From NCBI RefSeq assembly GCF_052425735.1, contig NC_135761.1:13764001-13828000 (forward strand): a stretch of 64,000 nt of DNA, read 5' to 3'. Position 1 is the stretch's first letter. Every line of letters begins with the position of its first letter. The DNA comes from Oculina patagonica. Lineage: Eukaryota. The notes beneath the pieces are model-generated. The model was not told where the DNA came from. It saw only the letters and a program-made list of their open reading frames with translations, and did not search any database. This document shows positions 63,730 through 64,000 of this stretch, one piece after another. A program made the translations under genes and the position numbers.

Positions 63730-64000
63730 CTTGTCCTTGTTAAAGACTCACATAGTGTTTCTCGTGAATGTGTCCCAGCACAAGTGGGATGGTGTTGTCG
63801 ACAGTGCCATGATCTGGAGTGATGATTACATCACAGTCAAGACTGCTAATAACACGGATACGAGTTTTGTAGCAGTTTGCTGCAGCACGGAGAATCAAAT
63901 GATCGCCCCAGGTGCCATCTTTTCCCATGCCTCTTAGGTAATCAGCCCAGGAGGGATATCCATGGACAAAGTTGAACAGGTCTGTTCCATCGGGCTTTGT
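63730..64000 (-). CDS. NLR-B OTU-family deubiquitinase domain, C-terminal half (continues beyond window), with in-frame TAA at 63740-63742
   Basis: WADYLRGMGKDGTWGDHLILRAAANCYKTRIRVISS...LVLGHIHEKHYVSL gives the OTU WG motif and HY His box. Phase-1 donor CAA G|gtaact at 63730. Confidence 0.8.

Overview
Eukaryotic genomic DNA, AT-rich and repeat-rich with spliceosomal GT-AG introns. The repeat content and NLR types suggest an anthozoan, probably a stony coral (inference). 2857-44827 (minus strand) holds a complete Piezo mechanosensitive channel gene. I reconstructed it by hand as 43 phase-consistent exons (6984 nt, about 2327 aa), and its introns are full of MITEs, SINEs and nested elements. 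Upstream on the same strand lie two tandem-duplicated NACHT-LRR (NLR) immune-receptor genes with different N-terminal enzyme modules on exons joined by phase-1 introns. NLR-A is GT4 glycosyltransferase + NACHT + about 14 LRRs. It lost Walker A by a 436-bp deletion and has a LINE fragment in Walker B, but the LINE junction creates an in-frame AG acceptor that could restore a GT4-deltaNACHT-LRR protein. NLR-B runs off the window and is OTU deubiquitinase + DZIP3-type HEPN + intact NACHT + about 17 LRRs. It has a stop after the OTU His box, a substituted HEPN catalytic Arg and a 4-nt frameshift in the LRRs. A Penelope-type palindrome with a hammerhead ribozyme core lies between the NLRs and Piezo. 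All coordinates were read by eye and no searches were run.
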